From contig JBHGNT010000007.1 of the NCBI GenBank assembly GCA_043228905.1, positions 17,236,001-17,300,000 of the forward strand: DNA of 64,000 nucleotides. Reading direction: 5' to 3'. Under the pieces are notes generated by a model. The model was not told where the DNA came from. It ran no database searches and was given only the letters and a program-made list of their open reading frames with translations. The position numbers were made by a program, and so were the translations under genes. Position 1 is the first letter of the stretch, and every line of letters begins with the position of its first letter. This DNA comes from Azolla caroliniana. Lineage: Eukaryota > Plantae > Polypodiophyta. Shown here piece by piece: positions 12,812 through 24,645 of this stretch.

Positions 12812-13013
12812 CTAAATATGTCAATCCTTACTATAGGTTCATGGCCTAGGTGACCATAGTCCCTCTAAGAAGTTGGCCATGAAGAGGATCCTCCATGTAA
12901 CTAGTTAGCAGGCTGAGGTCTCGTTCGTTAAGAACAACCATGCACCTAAAGAACTGAGAAAATTGGGTTTTGAACCCAAGATGTAGTGCTAGTAGTGTAA
13001 GCTAATTACGATA
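12065..13013 (-). repeat. 4-copy ~239-bp tandem repeat: Pol III-like head + permuted 18S rRNA fragments + (CT)n
   Basis: Units are separated by (GA)n. The minus strand contains TTAACGAACGAGACCTCAGCCTGCTAACTAG, CTTCTTAGAGGGACTATGG, GGTGCATGG and ATAGTAAGGATTGACA, all recognisable 18S rRNA motifs (from memory of the consensus). Confidence 0.85.
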
Positions 13014-13103
13014 GAGAGAGAGAGAGATAGATAGATAGATAGATAGATTATATTATCGTCTTCGGAGGTCAAATATGACCTATGAGACCAAAAATATTAC
13101 ATT

Positions 13104-16100
13104 TCACGTGATATGTGTGAAAGTGAGTAGTGACTCTCGATGTTCAAGAACTTTACCAATGAATGTTGCAATCGAGAGTGCACATTGTGGTTGTGAGAGG
13201 AATTCATGCAAAGATTGGGCTCGATCGAAGAGATGTGTAAAGCATGGTCGAATATGATCAAAGGCAGAGCATTGTATCAAAGTGTGATACTCAGACTCGC
13301 GAACTTGTTTAGGGCAAAGTGCGCATAACTGACCACTCTCATCACTTGTACCCCAACGCCCTGTTTCACATCGCAATGCATGTGAGCTAAGTCGCATGGA
13401 AGCAATGGTTCGAATGGAAGATAACGGTATGGGCTCTAATATGTATGGATGTGTACGATTTCCCCGTTCCGTGAAGAATATGGTTTTGTAGTTAGGTGCA
13501 ACATGTGTAGTATAATGTGTGAAGCATGAGCCTCCACATTTGTCCCATGTCATGATACATTGGCGTTGCAAAAATGCCTCATTTACAGAGGAATCTAATG
13601 ATGCATCATGAAGCAAGTGTCTCGCATCCCATCTACCAAATCATTTTTCTATATCTTGCATCCAACCGGAACACAAAATTTTGCTTTTATGCGTCTTTTG
13701 GATCTTTTTGCTTGCTTCCCATGCAATTCTAGGAAGTCGATGTGAGGGACTTTTTTGAACCTTAAGCATGTATTCAACAACCCTTTCCATGGCCATGATC
13801 TCAATGGGAAGCGATCCCGTCTCAAGGAGGAGGAGGGTGTAGGGCGTTTGTTTCTTAACTTGTAGAAACTTGGTAAGAAAATGCTTTTGGACATTTTCAA
13901 ACTCTTTCCACATAGATTTAGGGATGCTACCGCCCCATACTTCCACCCCATAGAGAAGAACCGGTGTCACCAAAGTGTCGAAAAGATATTTCTTGAGGAC
14001 CCAACACTTAATATCTCCAAGATTGCATGTGTTCTCAAATGCATAGTATGCTCGCTTGCCCGCCTCTAAGCGGCGTGTAGCACATTCATTCCATCTATGA
14101 TTTGAAGGAACTTCAAGGCCAAGATATTTGAAGCTTTCCACACATTCAAGTGGCTCATTGTTGTACATAATGCATGGTTTATCTCTTTTTTGGCTCTTCA
14201 CAAGCATAATCTTTGTTTTAGAGCTATTGACACTTAATTTAGTATGCATGCAAAATTTTTCCAATGCCTTCATAAGCTTTTGTGCATCTCCTAAAGTATT
14301 TGCAAAAAGCACTACATCATCTGCATATAGCAAAAGCATAATCACAACATTCCCAATGGCAACTTCTTCAACACATTCTTCCTTTGCAAACTTGGTAACC
14401 ATTTCTTCCAATTCATCAATGCATAGACCAAATAGTGTTGGTGAGAGTGGGCATCCTTGCTTAACACCAATAGTGCTTTTGAAAAAATCTGAAAGTTTAT
14501 CTCTCATGCGCACACAACATATAACCTTCTCATAAATTCGGGAAATTGCAAGCATATATTCACTTGGCACCTCAAGTTCTTCCATTCGCCTCCAAAGATG
14601 CTCACGAGGTACCATATCAAAAGCTTTCTTGAAGTCTACAAAGCAACAATATAAACCTTTACCTCTAAGGCGACTTTCCTCCGTTAATACTCGAAGGGTG
14701 ATAAGGTGATCAATGGTGCTATGGTGTTTCCGAAAGCCAGCTTGTCCATAAGCTCTCTTACCACTTTTTTCAGCCCATACACTTATCTTTGATTCCATTA
14801 TACATCCAAATAGTTTTGCCATTAATGAGCCAACCATGATGGTTCGATAGTTGTTTACATTATTTATATCTCCACCTTTATGTAAAGGTTTGATCCAATT
14901 TGTAGTCCAATCGTACGGCATACCATGTTGCAATGCATCATTAAACATATCGCTTATCCATATATGTGCTTCCTTTCCCGTCCATTTGAGCATTTCAGCC
15001 TTTATACATTGAAGATCGCTTGCCTTTCGAGAGGCCAATTTCTTAAGTCCTATGCATATATCTTCAATTGTAAAGAAGGGAGGCATATGTGAAAGAGAAC
15101 CATAACACATCATCTTTCCGGCAAGAGATAACTCATATAAATTCTTACAATGCATAGACAAGTCATGAAGAGTTAAGTCACCATAACTCTCAACACGTTT
15201 TCCCTTTAGATTTCCCCAAAATTTAGCACATGCATGTGCTTTCTCTTGCGTTTGGATAAGTTGTTGAGTAACTTCCCATATTCTTCTCTTTCTTTGAATA
15301 AGCCTTTTATACTCATGCAAATGCTTTTGGTAATTCTCTTTATCCTTAACTACATCCAAAACCATAAGGCACTTTCGAGCTTCATGACATTCTTTATCAA
15401 ACCATTTTTTCCTAAGTTTCTTGGTGCATTTCCAAGATGTGCGATTGGTCGAAAAACATTTGTTTGTACATGAGAGAATGACTTTCTTGAAAGCTTCCCA
15501 TTTGCATTCTAGTGTGGCACCATGTTGTATCTTTGTCATTTGTAACATATCCTCAACCATCTTGGAATACATGGGTGCTCGCTTAAGGTTCATGCTCAAG
15601 TGCGGTTGTTTATTATCTTCAATAGCCTTCTCACAATCAAACCTATGCATACATTTGAGATCGATACATAAAGGCCTATGATCGGATTCCGGTGTCCATT
15701 CACCAAGTGAGAATTTATGTATACGATCCAAACTACATTCAAAAAGTAGCACATAGTCAATCACACTATTTCCATTGTGTTTTCTACATGTAAAACCATT
15801 AGTGTTGGGCCATAAGGAAATACCATTTGCAATAAGCAATCCGGTACTATTGCACATTTGTAGGAGTAACTTCCCAAATTGGTCTGGATCTTTTTCATCG
15901 CTAGAAGAGCGGTTATACATTTGCATATCCTCTTGCATCCTTGAGATATGTGGCATGAAAGATTCTTGTGAATCAAGTTGGAAACTTCTTGTACGAGCAT
16001 TCATGTCACCAAAGACAATAACTTCCCCTTTGGATTTGAAATAAGCAATATCATCTTCTAGATTGGCAAACGGTTGATCTTTATCCAAACAAGCATAAAA

Positions 16101-16478
16101 GTTAGAATCTTGATGAGGGATGTAACATCCAACTACAAAAGTGGGCAAATCATTAGGTGTTTCTATTTTGAGCCATATGTAGCATTTATTTTCATCATTT
16201 TTTATGATTGACACATATTTCTCTATTTCCTTCTTAATCAAACATGCCACCCCTCCTTGTCCTCTTCTTTGTCTTGGATTTTTCTTCCATATCAAAGAGT
16301 GTACATTATAGTTTCCTAAACCTTGAATCCTTTGAGTATCATGCTCCCATGTCTCAACAAGAAGTGTGATATCCGAGTCATCGGTGAACTCCTCTATGCC
16401 AAATCCCGCATTCCATGGGTATCCATTGCAATTCCAAAAGCATAGTCGTAAAAGGCGTGGGTTAGTCTCATAGATCAC
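13104..16478 (-). CDS. LINE ORF2 (AP endonuclease, reverse transcriptase, C-terminal CCHC) with one premature TGA at 13641-13643
   Basis: Motifs WNCNG, ETW, GDMNA, IDYV, SDH, QAGFR, FVDFKKAFD, GVKQGCPLSP, YADD, KYLG and CALC...H...C. The second copy has TGG (Trp) at the stop position. Confidence 0.92.
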
Positions 16479-16484
16479 GTGTCC

Positions 16485-17354
16485 CTATTTGCCTACATTT
16501 CCATCTTTAGGCACATCCTTAACCTTGTTTTTCAATCTTTCTTCATATGCTTTACGACGAGCATTTTGTTGTGAGATAGTACGATCTTCACTCACAAAGC
16601 ATTGTGTACCTTTGAGGTATACCCAACTATTTTCGAGTATGATCCGCCGCTTTGTATCATCTGTCATTGTGCATACAATAGGCCTTTCTCCGGAGCGACT
16701 AACACCATGTTTCCCAACTCGGTGTGCCCCATATACATTCACATCTGACATCCCATAATGCATGCTAAAAAATTCACCAATGGCCTTTCCAAGGGATACG
16801 GGTGTTTCAATACTCTCTTCTTTAATCCCACGGATGACAATGTTCTTTGATCGTCGTTCACGTTCTTTCAATTCTCGGACATCTATGTTTTCGATATTCT
16901 TCTCTTGATGCATCACATGCATATTAGATGAGTTTGATAGCACATCCCCACCACATACATCGGCCCATGACTTCGTTGTACATACATTTTTCATCTCACT
17001 TACATCCCGCCTCATCGTGTCCAATTTTTCTTCTTTTAATGCTTCCTTTAACTCAATCTTGTTAAGGCGCTCATTTGTTTCAAAAGAAGCTCTTTTACAT
17101 TCTTGAATCTCTTCTTGAAGTTTTGCAACCACTTGTTTAAGACTTTCATTCTCAATGACAACACTTTGGAGCTTAGTATTCTCTTTCATTAACGTCCTAA
17201 TCTCTTCACCTTGCTTGTTTATGGTTTCTTGAAGAGAAATCAAGTGACTCATAAGCATTTTGTCCATTGCATTAGAATCAAGATTTGTTGGTGATCTCGG
17301 CTCATTATCAATTATACCCCCAAACTTTGCGGCGGTTTTACGAGTATTTGCCAT
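16485..17354 (-). CDS. LINE ORF1 (coiled coil followed by RRM-like region)
   Basis: 289-aa ORF with heptad-rich N-half and RRSKNIVIRGIKE, HRVG, RPIV and VSED motifs typical of LINE ORF1. Confidence 0.85.
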   Translation of the reverse strand: MANTRKTAAKFGGIIDNEPRSPTNLDSNAMDKMLMSHLISLQETINKQGEEIRTLMKENTKLQSVVIENESLKQVVAKLQEEIQECKRASFETNERLNKIELKEALKEEKLDTMRRDVSEMKNVCTTKSWADVCGGDVLSNSSNMHVMHQEKNIENIDVRELKERERRSKNIVIRGIKEESIETPVSLGKAIGEFFSMHYGMSDVNVYGAHRVGKHGVSRSGERPIVCTMTDDTKRRIILENSWVYLKGTQCFVSEDRTISQQNARRKAYEERLKNKVKDVPKDGNVGK

Positions 17355-17491
17355 TGTAGGGACAAACCCTACGGGAAAAGAGAGACAGAGAGGGAAGGAG
17401 AGAGAATGTACCTTTCACTCGATTTAGGGCTTCAAAATCTACCTTCCGTTTGAGGAACCGTGGGGCAAAGATGGCTGCGGATGAAAATGCT

Positions 17492-17531
<40 letters not shown>

Positions 17532-18137
17532 TAACATTACACTACACTACACTACATTGTCTCTTGTTGGAGTATGTGTGTCTTTTGGAGGGGTATTCCT
17601 AGTAAATACGAGAAAGTTGGGAGGGGTATTTCTAGTAAATATTCAAAACCCCTACTTCCTTTTTCTTCTTCTTCTTCTTCTTCTGCACTCTTCACCCTCT
17701 TTTTGTCTTTCTGTGCTTCATTTTCTTCTTCTGCTTCGACGATTTCGAATCCCGGAATGATTCCCTGACAGCCTCTTCTATATCGAAGGTAAAATCTCAA
17801 ATCTCTGATCTCTGATCTCTCTGTCTCTCTGTTGATTCACTGGTTCTCTCTCTGTTTTGAATCTTACTTCTCCCTCCCTCCCTCTAGATCCGTTTGAGAA
17901 CTCAGTGATCATTCCCTTTTTGTCTGTCTTTCTATTCGCGTAATTATAGCTTCTAGCCCTTCCCCCCCTCTCCGCTTCAAGATCATTTTCATATACCGGT
18001 GATCTCTCTCTCTCTCTCTCTCTGTCTCTCCATCCGTTTGATAGATCCAGTGATTTTCTGTGTGTTTCTTTTCCAGATTTCTTCCGTCTTTCTCAGATCA
18101 AGATATTAAGAGGACGCCTTGTATCAGCAAATCTCGA

Positions 18138-20972
18138 ATGATGCAATCTGCTCGAAGCTCTTCTCATCATGAAAACACATTCACGCCAGCTCAAGATCCA
18201 TTCTACCTTGTCAAAGAAGAGCTTCAAAGCTTGGTAGAATTTCCTTTATCTCCTTCATCCTCTCCATTTGAAACATAAAGCTATAAAAGTATGTATGGTA
18301 AAATGCTTTACGCATTTCATCATCTCCATTGACAACGTGCATTATTAAGCCCTCATCAAAGACAATCACACTATGCCTAACCCTGTCAAAAAAGAGCTGC
18401 TAGGCTCCTTACAATTCCTTAGTTATTTCAATATTTCGATTAGACTGTACGTTTTTAGCCTACACTGAATACAATTATCAAATCTGCATTGTTGAATTCC
18501 CTACATACTTCATTTTTCAACCTACCTAATATATATTTCATCATTTCCATTGAAGCATGTAGTCTAAGCCTACATCAAATGTAACTTATCAAGCTGTACC
18601 ATAGGAAAATCCTTTTTTAATTCATCATCTCCTTTGAAACAGGAAATTTTAACCAAAACCTTATTTCTTTCATGATTTCACAACTGAGGACATGCATTGA
18701 AACATCATTTTCTAGTTTACATTTGTGTACGTTGGTTCTGGATTGTCTCAAGGAAAATGTGCAATTTGGCATACATTGTGTAATGGAATGATTCTTGATT
18801 GGCATTGTGGGACCATGCATTTTAGCATTTCTTTGAATAAACAAATGCATTATAGTGAGACACACATTTGAGAATATACTCAATATATTTATGATAACTA
18901 GTGGTGGGTGGACTATTGAAATTGGATGAATAACTTCCGGACTTTGTTCTACTTTGATTATTATGAGAACACAGATTACATCGAATTAAATTTAATGATA
19001 ACTTGTGGTGGATTGAGGAAGTTGGATTGAGAGTGTTTGGATCATTAGGTGTACTTTGATTCTTGATTGGCAGTTATTGCCTGAGACTGGTGACACAATC
19101 TTTGTGAGGGCAGGTGAATAGTGTGCAAAGCAAGTTCAGAAAATGGGAACTAAGTCCTCCAGGATCAAGTGATCGCAATGAACAAGGGAAAGAACTTGTG
19201 ATAGATTGTGCAAGCATTGAGTGGCAGGTACTGATCATAATCTTGTGAATATCTTTTTTTAATGGTTGGCTAAGTTTTTTCCAGAGGTATAGACTCTGGC
19301 TAATATATTGCACTACATGCATAAGTGTTAAGAAATGGCTTTTGGATGAGAAGGTGGATGAACTTGATAAGGCTATCGCTGTGGCAGAGAGGGATCCGAC
19401 AAAATATGGTATTGACGTTGCAGAAATAGCTCAAAGAAAGAGATGGACAGTATCAACGCGGAATCAGGTAGTCATATTTAAAATAAAGAAAACGTTTTTG
19501 AACTCCAAATGTTTATAATAAGAGTTTGTGTTTGCAACCAATATTGTATGAGAAATTGAGGAGGTGAAGATGTGATCTGTTACCACACCCAGATAAAATG
19601 TCAAAATTCTGTAATATGCTGCTTGAAACCTAGCAATGTCTATTCGAGCCATTCCAATATTGTGAGACATCATTGGATTGAATGATGAAACAATCTTTAG
19701 TGTAAGCGCGTCACCTACATTCTCATATTTGTTGTTATAAGTACCTAGAACTGAATACACATTAATTTCTGGGCTCAACTATTGTCTGCTATTTCTCTTA
19801 GTGCCTTCCCTCACGCCCAACCATGACATCATGCATAGCATTTGATTTTGTAGGCTCAGACATCCATACCTCGCATGTAGGAAGTCTATTCCACTATTTT
19901 TAGTGTTTGTGGTTGTTTGCATGTACATGGTTATGGTAGTTGTAGATGTGGATTTATTGCTGTCCTCCAAGTCCCAAATATGACCTATGAAACTGAGACA
20001 CCAATATTCAACTAAAACAAAAACACCCTCCAAAACCCCATACTTATAGAACAACATATATTTCTAGAGGTAGTCTGTGATAAACCTAAAGCATGGGGGT
20101 CATGAAAGGAACCCAAAACACAGTGGGGAGAAGAACACCCTCCAAAACCCCATACTTATAGAACAACATATATTTCTAGAGGTAGTCTGTGATAAACCTA
20201 AAGCATGGGGGTCATGAAAGGAACCCAAAACACAGTGGGGAGAAGAGAAAATAAGCAAAAGAGAGATTTCATTAACATAACTTAAGCATGATTAAGAAGA
20301 TGATTAATTACAAGCTCCTTAGAGCCACTATAATTAATGAGAGTGAAAGAAGAGAGTTTGTAAATCCGGGACTTAAGCATGATTAAGAAGATGATTAATT
20401 AACGAGAGTGAAAGAAGAGAGTTTGTAAATCCGGGAATGATAAAAAATGAGAGATTCCTCGTTATGTAGCCCAAGGGTGGTTGTTGGGCTCTCTTGGCAT
20501 TAGGCCAAGAGGTGGCTTTTGGGCTCCCTTGGGCATTAGGCCAAGAGGTGGTTTTTGGTCTCCCCTGTGGCTCGTCGTTGGCATTGGGATGCTGCTGTTT
20601 TTGTAGCAGGGTTTTGGACTGGGTATTTCCCAAGTCCCAACTTAGATTGGGACTGGGACTGGAACCACGATTGGGACTGGTTCCCTTCTTGGGTCCCAAC
20701 TCCTCATGTATGTGCCAACCTCGATCATGACCCCTTGTCCCAACTCATCTTGGAGCTTCATGGGTCCGTTTTGACTCACTTCTGAACCGTGTTCTAGTTG
20801 GGACTCTTTAGGGACACCACATAGTCCATGTTCATTTCTATAATTAAGGTAGAACTATAAAGAGCAATAAACAATGGGTAGTATGAATAATGTCCTAGGA
20901 GTAATGAAACCACCCCTTGTGACATGTATAAGGATGTATGTTCTGTGGATACAAGATTGTATGTCCTACAGA

Positions 20973-21064
<92 letters not shown>

Positions 21065-22976
21065 AAAGTAGTGGATATAGTGAGATTTGAGCCGGAGTGT
21101 TTAGTAAAATCTCTGCTTACCATTAGGACAATAGCGCTAATATTAAAGAAAAAAGATGAAAGAAAGAGAGTGAGAGAGAGATTGATTTTGGTCCAGATCA
21201 GTGCAATTAAAAAATCCATCCAAGAGGCATCTACTAGGGTTGAATTGGCACGGATGCCTGTTAATCCTCTTAACCAAAAAATAAACAGCATGAAGACTCA
21301 TGAAGATGAAGATTTCTATGCTTCCGAGTCAGATAGGCAGGCTCTTATCATAAAGTGAGTATAATAACTCTTTGCAGTTTCTCATAAATATCGTCACTGT
21401 TTTGCCCTTTAACTGTATTCTTTCCCTTTTACATCAAACATGAAATTAAATGTGTCTTATAAAATAGAGAAGAATCCAAGGGCCTTTGACTTTTATGCTT
21501 GGTGTTTGAAATTGAACTCATGATGAGACAAATTCTCAAAGTCTTACTGGCAAAATATTGGCAAAATTCTGAAATACCCCGAGTTTTTCTTTATTTCTTT
21601 GACCCTATATTTGTTGCATCAGTACATATAATTGAGCAGAAAGGGATGATTTGAATGTCTAATTGCTCAAATAGCACATGCAATTGGTCCAGATGGAATT
21701 GACCAAGGGTATTTGGAGAAGTAACAAAAAAGTAGGGGCATTTCGGGAAATAAAGAAAAAGTCAGGCGTATTTCAGGTTTTCCCCTAAAGTATTGTCAAG
21801 GATTATTTTACCATGTAACATGTATCATCTTAATATACTACCAAGAACTCTATGTTTGTTTATGCAATCTGGTATTGAATAGAACTGAAAAATGGAAGGG
21901 TGATTCACTAAGCTGGTTTAGAAAAAACAGTTCTTGTGGGAATAACTCATGTTCTGGCTTAACAAATTAAGTTTTTTGTCTCCCAATCTTTTTATGTGGT
22001 CCCGTTATCATAAGAGAGCTGGCCCAATGAGGTTAATTTTTACCAGGGAGCAAGATCAGGATCTTGACGAACTCAGTGCAAGTGTGGAGAGACTGGGTGG
22101 TGTTGGGCTTACTATTCATGATGAGCTTATTTCTCAGGTATTTTCCCTAAGCAAATAGGATTCCTGTTTGTATGTAGCTATTGTTTTATCTTTAGAGTTT
22201 TGGCATTTGTTTTGATGGCTTCATTTGATTCCAGGATAAAATCATAGAGGATATTAACCAGGAAATGGACAACACAGCCAATAGACTAGATTTTGTTCAG
22301 GTGCGTTACTTGCATTTGATATTATTCTATAGAGTACATATACACATGTATACCTTTATGTCTACGAATCACAGTATAGATACAGATACATTTATGTGTA
22401 CTTCTGTAGAATGTTTTTCTTTATTTTCAGAAATACTGTTAGGTTTTTCTTTATTTCCCTGTTGAAGAGAGAAAAAGGGCATGAATTGATCAAGGGCTAT
22501 GGGGAAATAGGGGCATTTTGGGCCAATAAAGAAAATCCATATGTATGTTGGAGTTTTTCCCTGATCCATTGGGGGAGTAGGGGCATTCTAGGAAAATAAA
22601 GAAACACTTGGGTATGTTGGAGTTTTTCCCTGTATGTGTGTGTGTGTTTATCATAACTGTGTTAATAGTATACTATCAAATGTATTCATTTCAAAAGTCA
22701 ATTGATAAATTGTATATTGATTCCTCTGTTAATTTCGTGGTTTTAGTTTAGTGGTACTAGTTCCAAATCTATAGTTGCTTAAATATTCGAGTTGTGTATT
22801 CATTGTCTTAATTTCTTGGCTCATTAGTGTTTATTCTATAAATTTGTTTTTGATTACGTGGTTTGCAGAAAAAGGTTGCTCATGTCATTAAGAAGGCTGG
22901 AGCCAAAGGACAGATTGTGATGATTGTTTTCCTTGTAATACTATTGCTAGTGCTGATTCTTCTTGTCTTCTCATAA
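18138..22976 (+). CDS. SYP61: Syntaxin-61 / syntaxin-6-type Qc-SNARE, 248 aa; coding exons 18138-18233, 19114-19227, 19354-19467, 21197-21354, 22047-22137, 22235-22300, 22869-22976
   Basis: All introns are GT-AG and phase-consistent (747 nt). N-terminal AQDPFYLVKEE, SIEWQVDELDKAIAVAERDP, SNARE motif QDQDLDELSASVERLGGVGLTIHDEL, and a C-terminal transmembrane helix. Probable 5'-UTR exon ends at 17788. Confidence 0.95.
19961..20816. mobile_element. Solo-LTR-like or TIR-like insertion in a SYP61 intron
   Basis: TGTCC..AAGTCCCAA / TTGGGACT..GGGACA inverted ends and an internal ~112-bp tandem duplication (20024-20245); no clear TSD. Confidence 0.45.
20973..21061. repeat. Compound (GT)n(GA)n microsatellite
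   Basis: Directly visible. Confidence 0.95.
21560..21785. mobile_element. Mutator-like MITE in a SYP61 intron
   Basis: ~37-bp imperfect TIR (GGCAAAATTCTGAAATACCCCGAGTTTTTCTTTATTT vs rc GGGAAAACCTGAAATACGCCTGACTTTTTCTTTATTT) and 9-bp flanks CAAAATATT/TAAAGTATT. A related remnant lies at ~22410-22630. Confidence 0.65.
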
Positions 22977-23567
22977 CATATAGAAAGGGACGACACCATA
23001 GTTTATCAATATGGGTTCCATAGAATCCTAATTGTTTCTGATATAAAAAGCTTGAGTAAATTATCTTCTCGTTTGGGAAGCATTAAAGATCTTCTGTTAT
23101 GATCATTTATTTATTATACATAATACATATAGATTTTGTGCATGAAGAAGGAATGATGGGTACATAATATTTGTGAAAATATTGTCTTTGCATTTTAGGT
23201 TTTGACTAAAGGGAATCCACTTTTAATTGTGTTATGATTTGAATGATTAGTATTTTTCCATTCTATATTAAGGAATTAAAAATTAGAAATAGAATTTTTT
23301 ATCGTCCATAAAGAGGCCAATTTTGACCTATGGAACTAGAGTATACATGTGTTTACATTTTGATACCATGATGTAACTTCAATACCTAACTTGTCAGATA
23401 GAGTGCGAAGTAGTGTAAGGGCTCTACGAGCATTACTAATATTGGTAATGAGATAGGGTTGGTTACGATCAATAGGCATTCTTACTTTATATTGAGACCA
23501 ACATTCAAGGTTGACATTTGCAATGTAGTATTCTAGCTTTGTCCTCTTAGCATCTTCTCATTCTAAG

Positions 23568-24215
23568 CATAGATTGACATATTCGCATTCTTGGGGTTTC
23601 CCATTTGAATGCAAATGAATACGTATATGAATGCATGGTCAAGTATTCGTTTAAAAAAAAGAGAGTTCATAAATTCCTTACTATTTAGTTTCCTAAATAT
23701 AAAAAAAGAGGACTTTGACAATTAAAAGGAGATATTTTTACTTCACATTAAAAAGGGACTTATAGTAATAATATTTTAATAGAGGTAAAATCTAAAAGCA
23801 TTTATTTTATTTTTAAAAATAAAATAAAATGAGGTTCATAAATTCCTCGCTTTTTACTCTCCCACAAAATTTGATATTTTTATGTAACATTAAAAAGGGG
23901 ACCGACACTAATAATATTTTTATAATATATGTAAAACTTAAAACCATTTGTTTTATTTTAAAGTTTTTTTAAAAAAAGTTTTGGTAATTCCCCACTTCTT
24001 ACTCTCCCATAAAATTTGATATTTTTATTTGATATTAAAAGGGGACTTCACACTAATTATATTTCTATAATAGATGTGAACATATTTGTTTTTATTAAAT
24101 AAATAAATAATAAACAAATGGTTTTATAATATTCTTGGGGCCATTTCATATTCTTGAATATTGCAAATATCACGCGTGGAGAATATCACAAATATCACGC
24201 ATGTGTCAATCTATG
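23568..24215. mobile_element. hAT-type MITE (648 bp)
   Basis: 15-bp TIR CATAGATTGACAYAT, 8-bp TSD ATTCTAAG/ATTCCAAG, AT-rich interior with ~120-bp subrepeats. Confidence 0.85.
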
Positions 24216-24399
24216 ATTCCAAGCAAGATGGTAATTGATGATTTAGCATATTCTTGACTTTTTAATGTATCTATATACTCTTTAGAGTGCCAATATTTTT
24301 ATGGGCCGAACACTTGTTTTCAAGAGCATAAGCTAGTAAAAGGTAATGCATTTAACTCCTATTTGCCTCCTTAAAAACATCTTTTGAATTTTCTTGATC

Positions 24400-24645
24400 T
24401 CATTCCATGCATTGAGAGAGATGGTGGTATAACATTCATCTGTGGCAGATGGTGTCACCCCATACATCTACTCCAAAAAGCAATACTTCAGTTACCATGG
24501 CATTGAACAACATTAGTTTTATGTCCCATCCACAAGTATCACTTTGGTTGCATTGGTTCTCTAAAAGGTAATACGATTTTGAACCGTCTTGAAGCCTAGA
24601 ATCAAAGCATGCACTCCATTTATTTGTGGTGGGTACATCAATACC
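24400..24645 (-). pseudogene. Old LINE RT fragment (target of gypsy C; continues at 59565)
   Basis: DVPTTNKW...VLLFGVDVWG is homologous to LINE ORF2 and joins in frame across the TSD to FVQSFKYLGI at 59565+. Confidence 0.8.

Larger units (their letters stand above)
13026..17492 (-). mobile_element. Apparently full-length two-ORF non-LTR retrotransposon (LINE; RTE-X/L2-like rather than plant L1)
   Basis: ORF1 plus an APE-RT-zinc knuckle ORF2. Has a (TCTA)n 3' tail instead of poly(A), and both ends abut (GA)n/(CT)n. Clade call is tentative. Confidence 0.9.

Noticed and set aside
12065-13013. Functional rRNA gene
   Set aside because: Only ~140 nt of permuted, internally deleted and substituted 18S sequence per unit, with no ITS, 5.8S or 26S context.
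20794-21291. ORFs with ERERER/LSLSLS runs
   Set aside because: Microsatellite translations inside a SYP61 intron; only 21197-21354 is a real exon.
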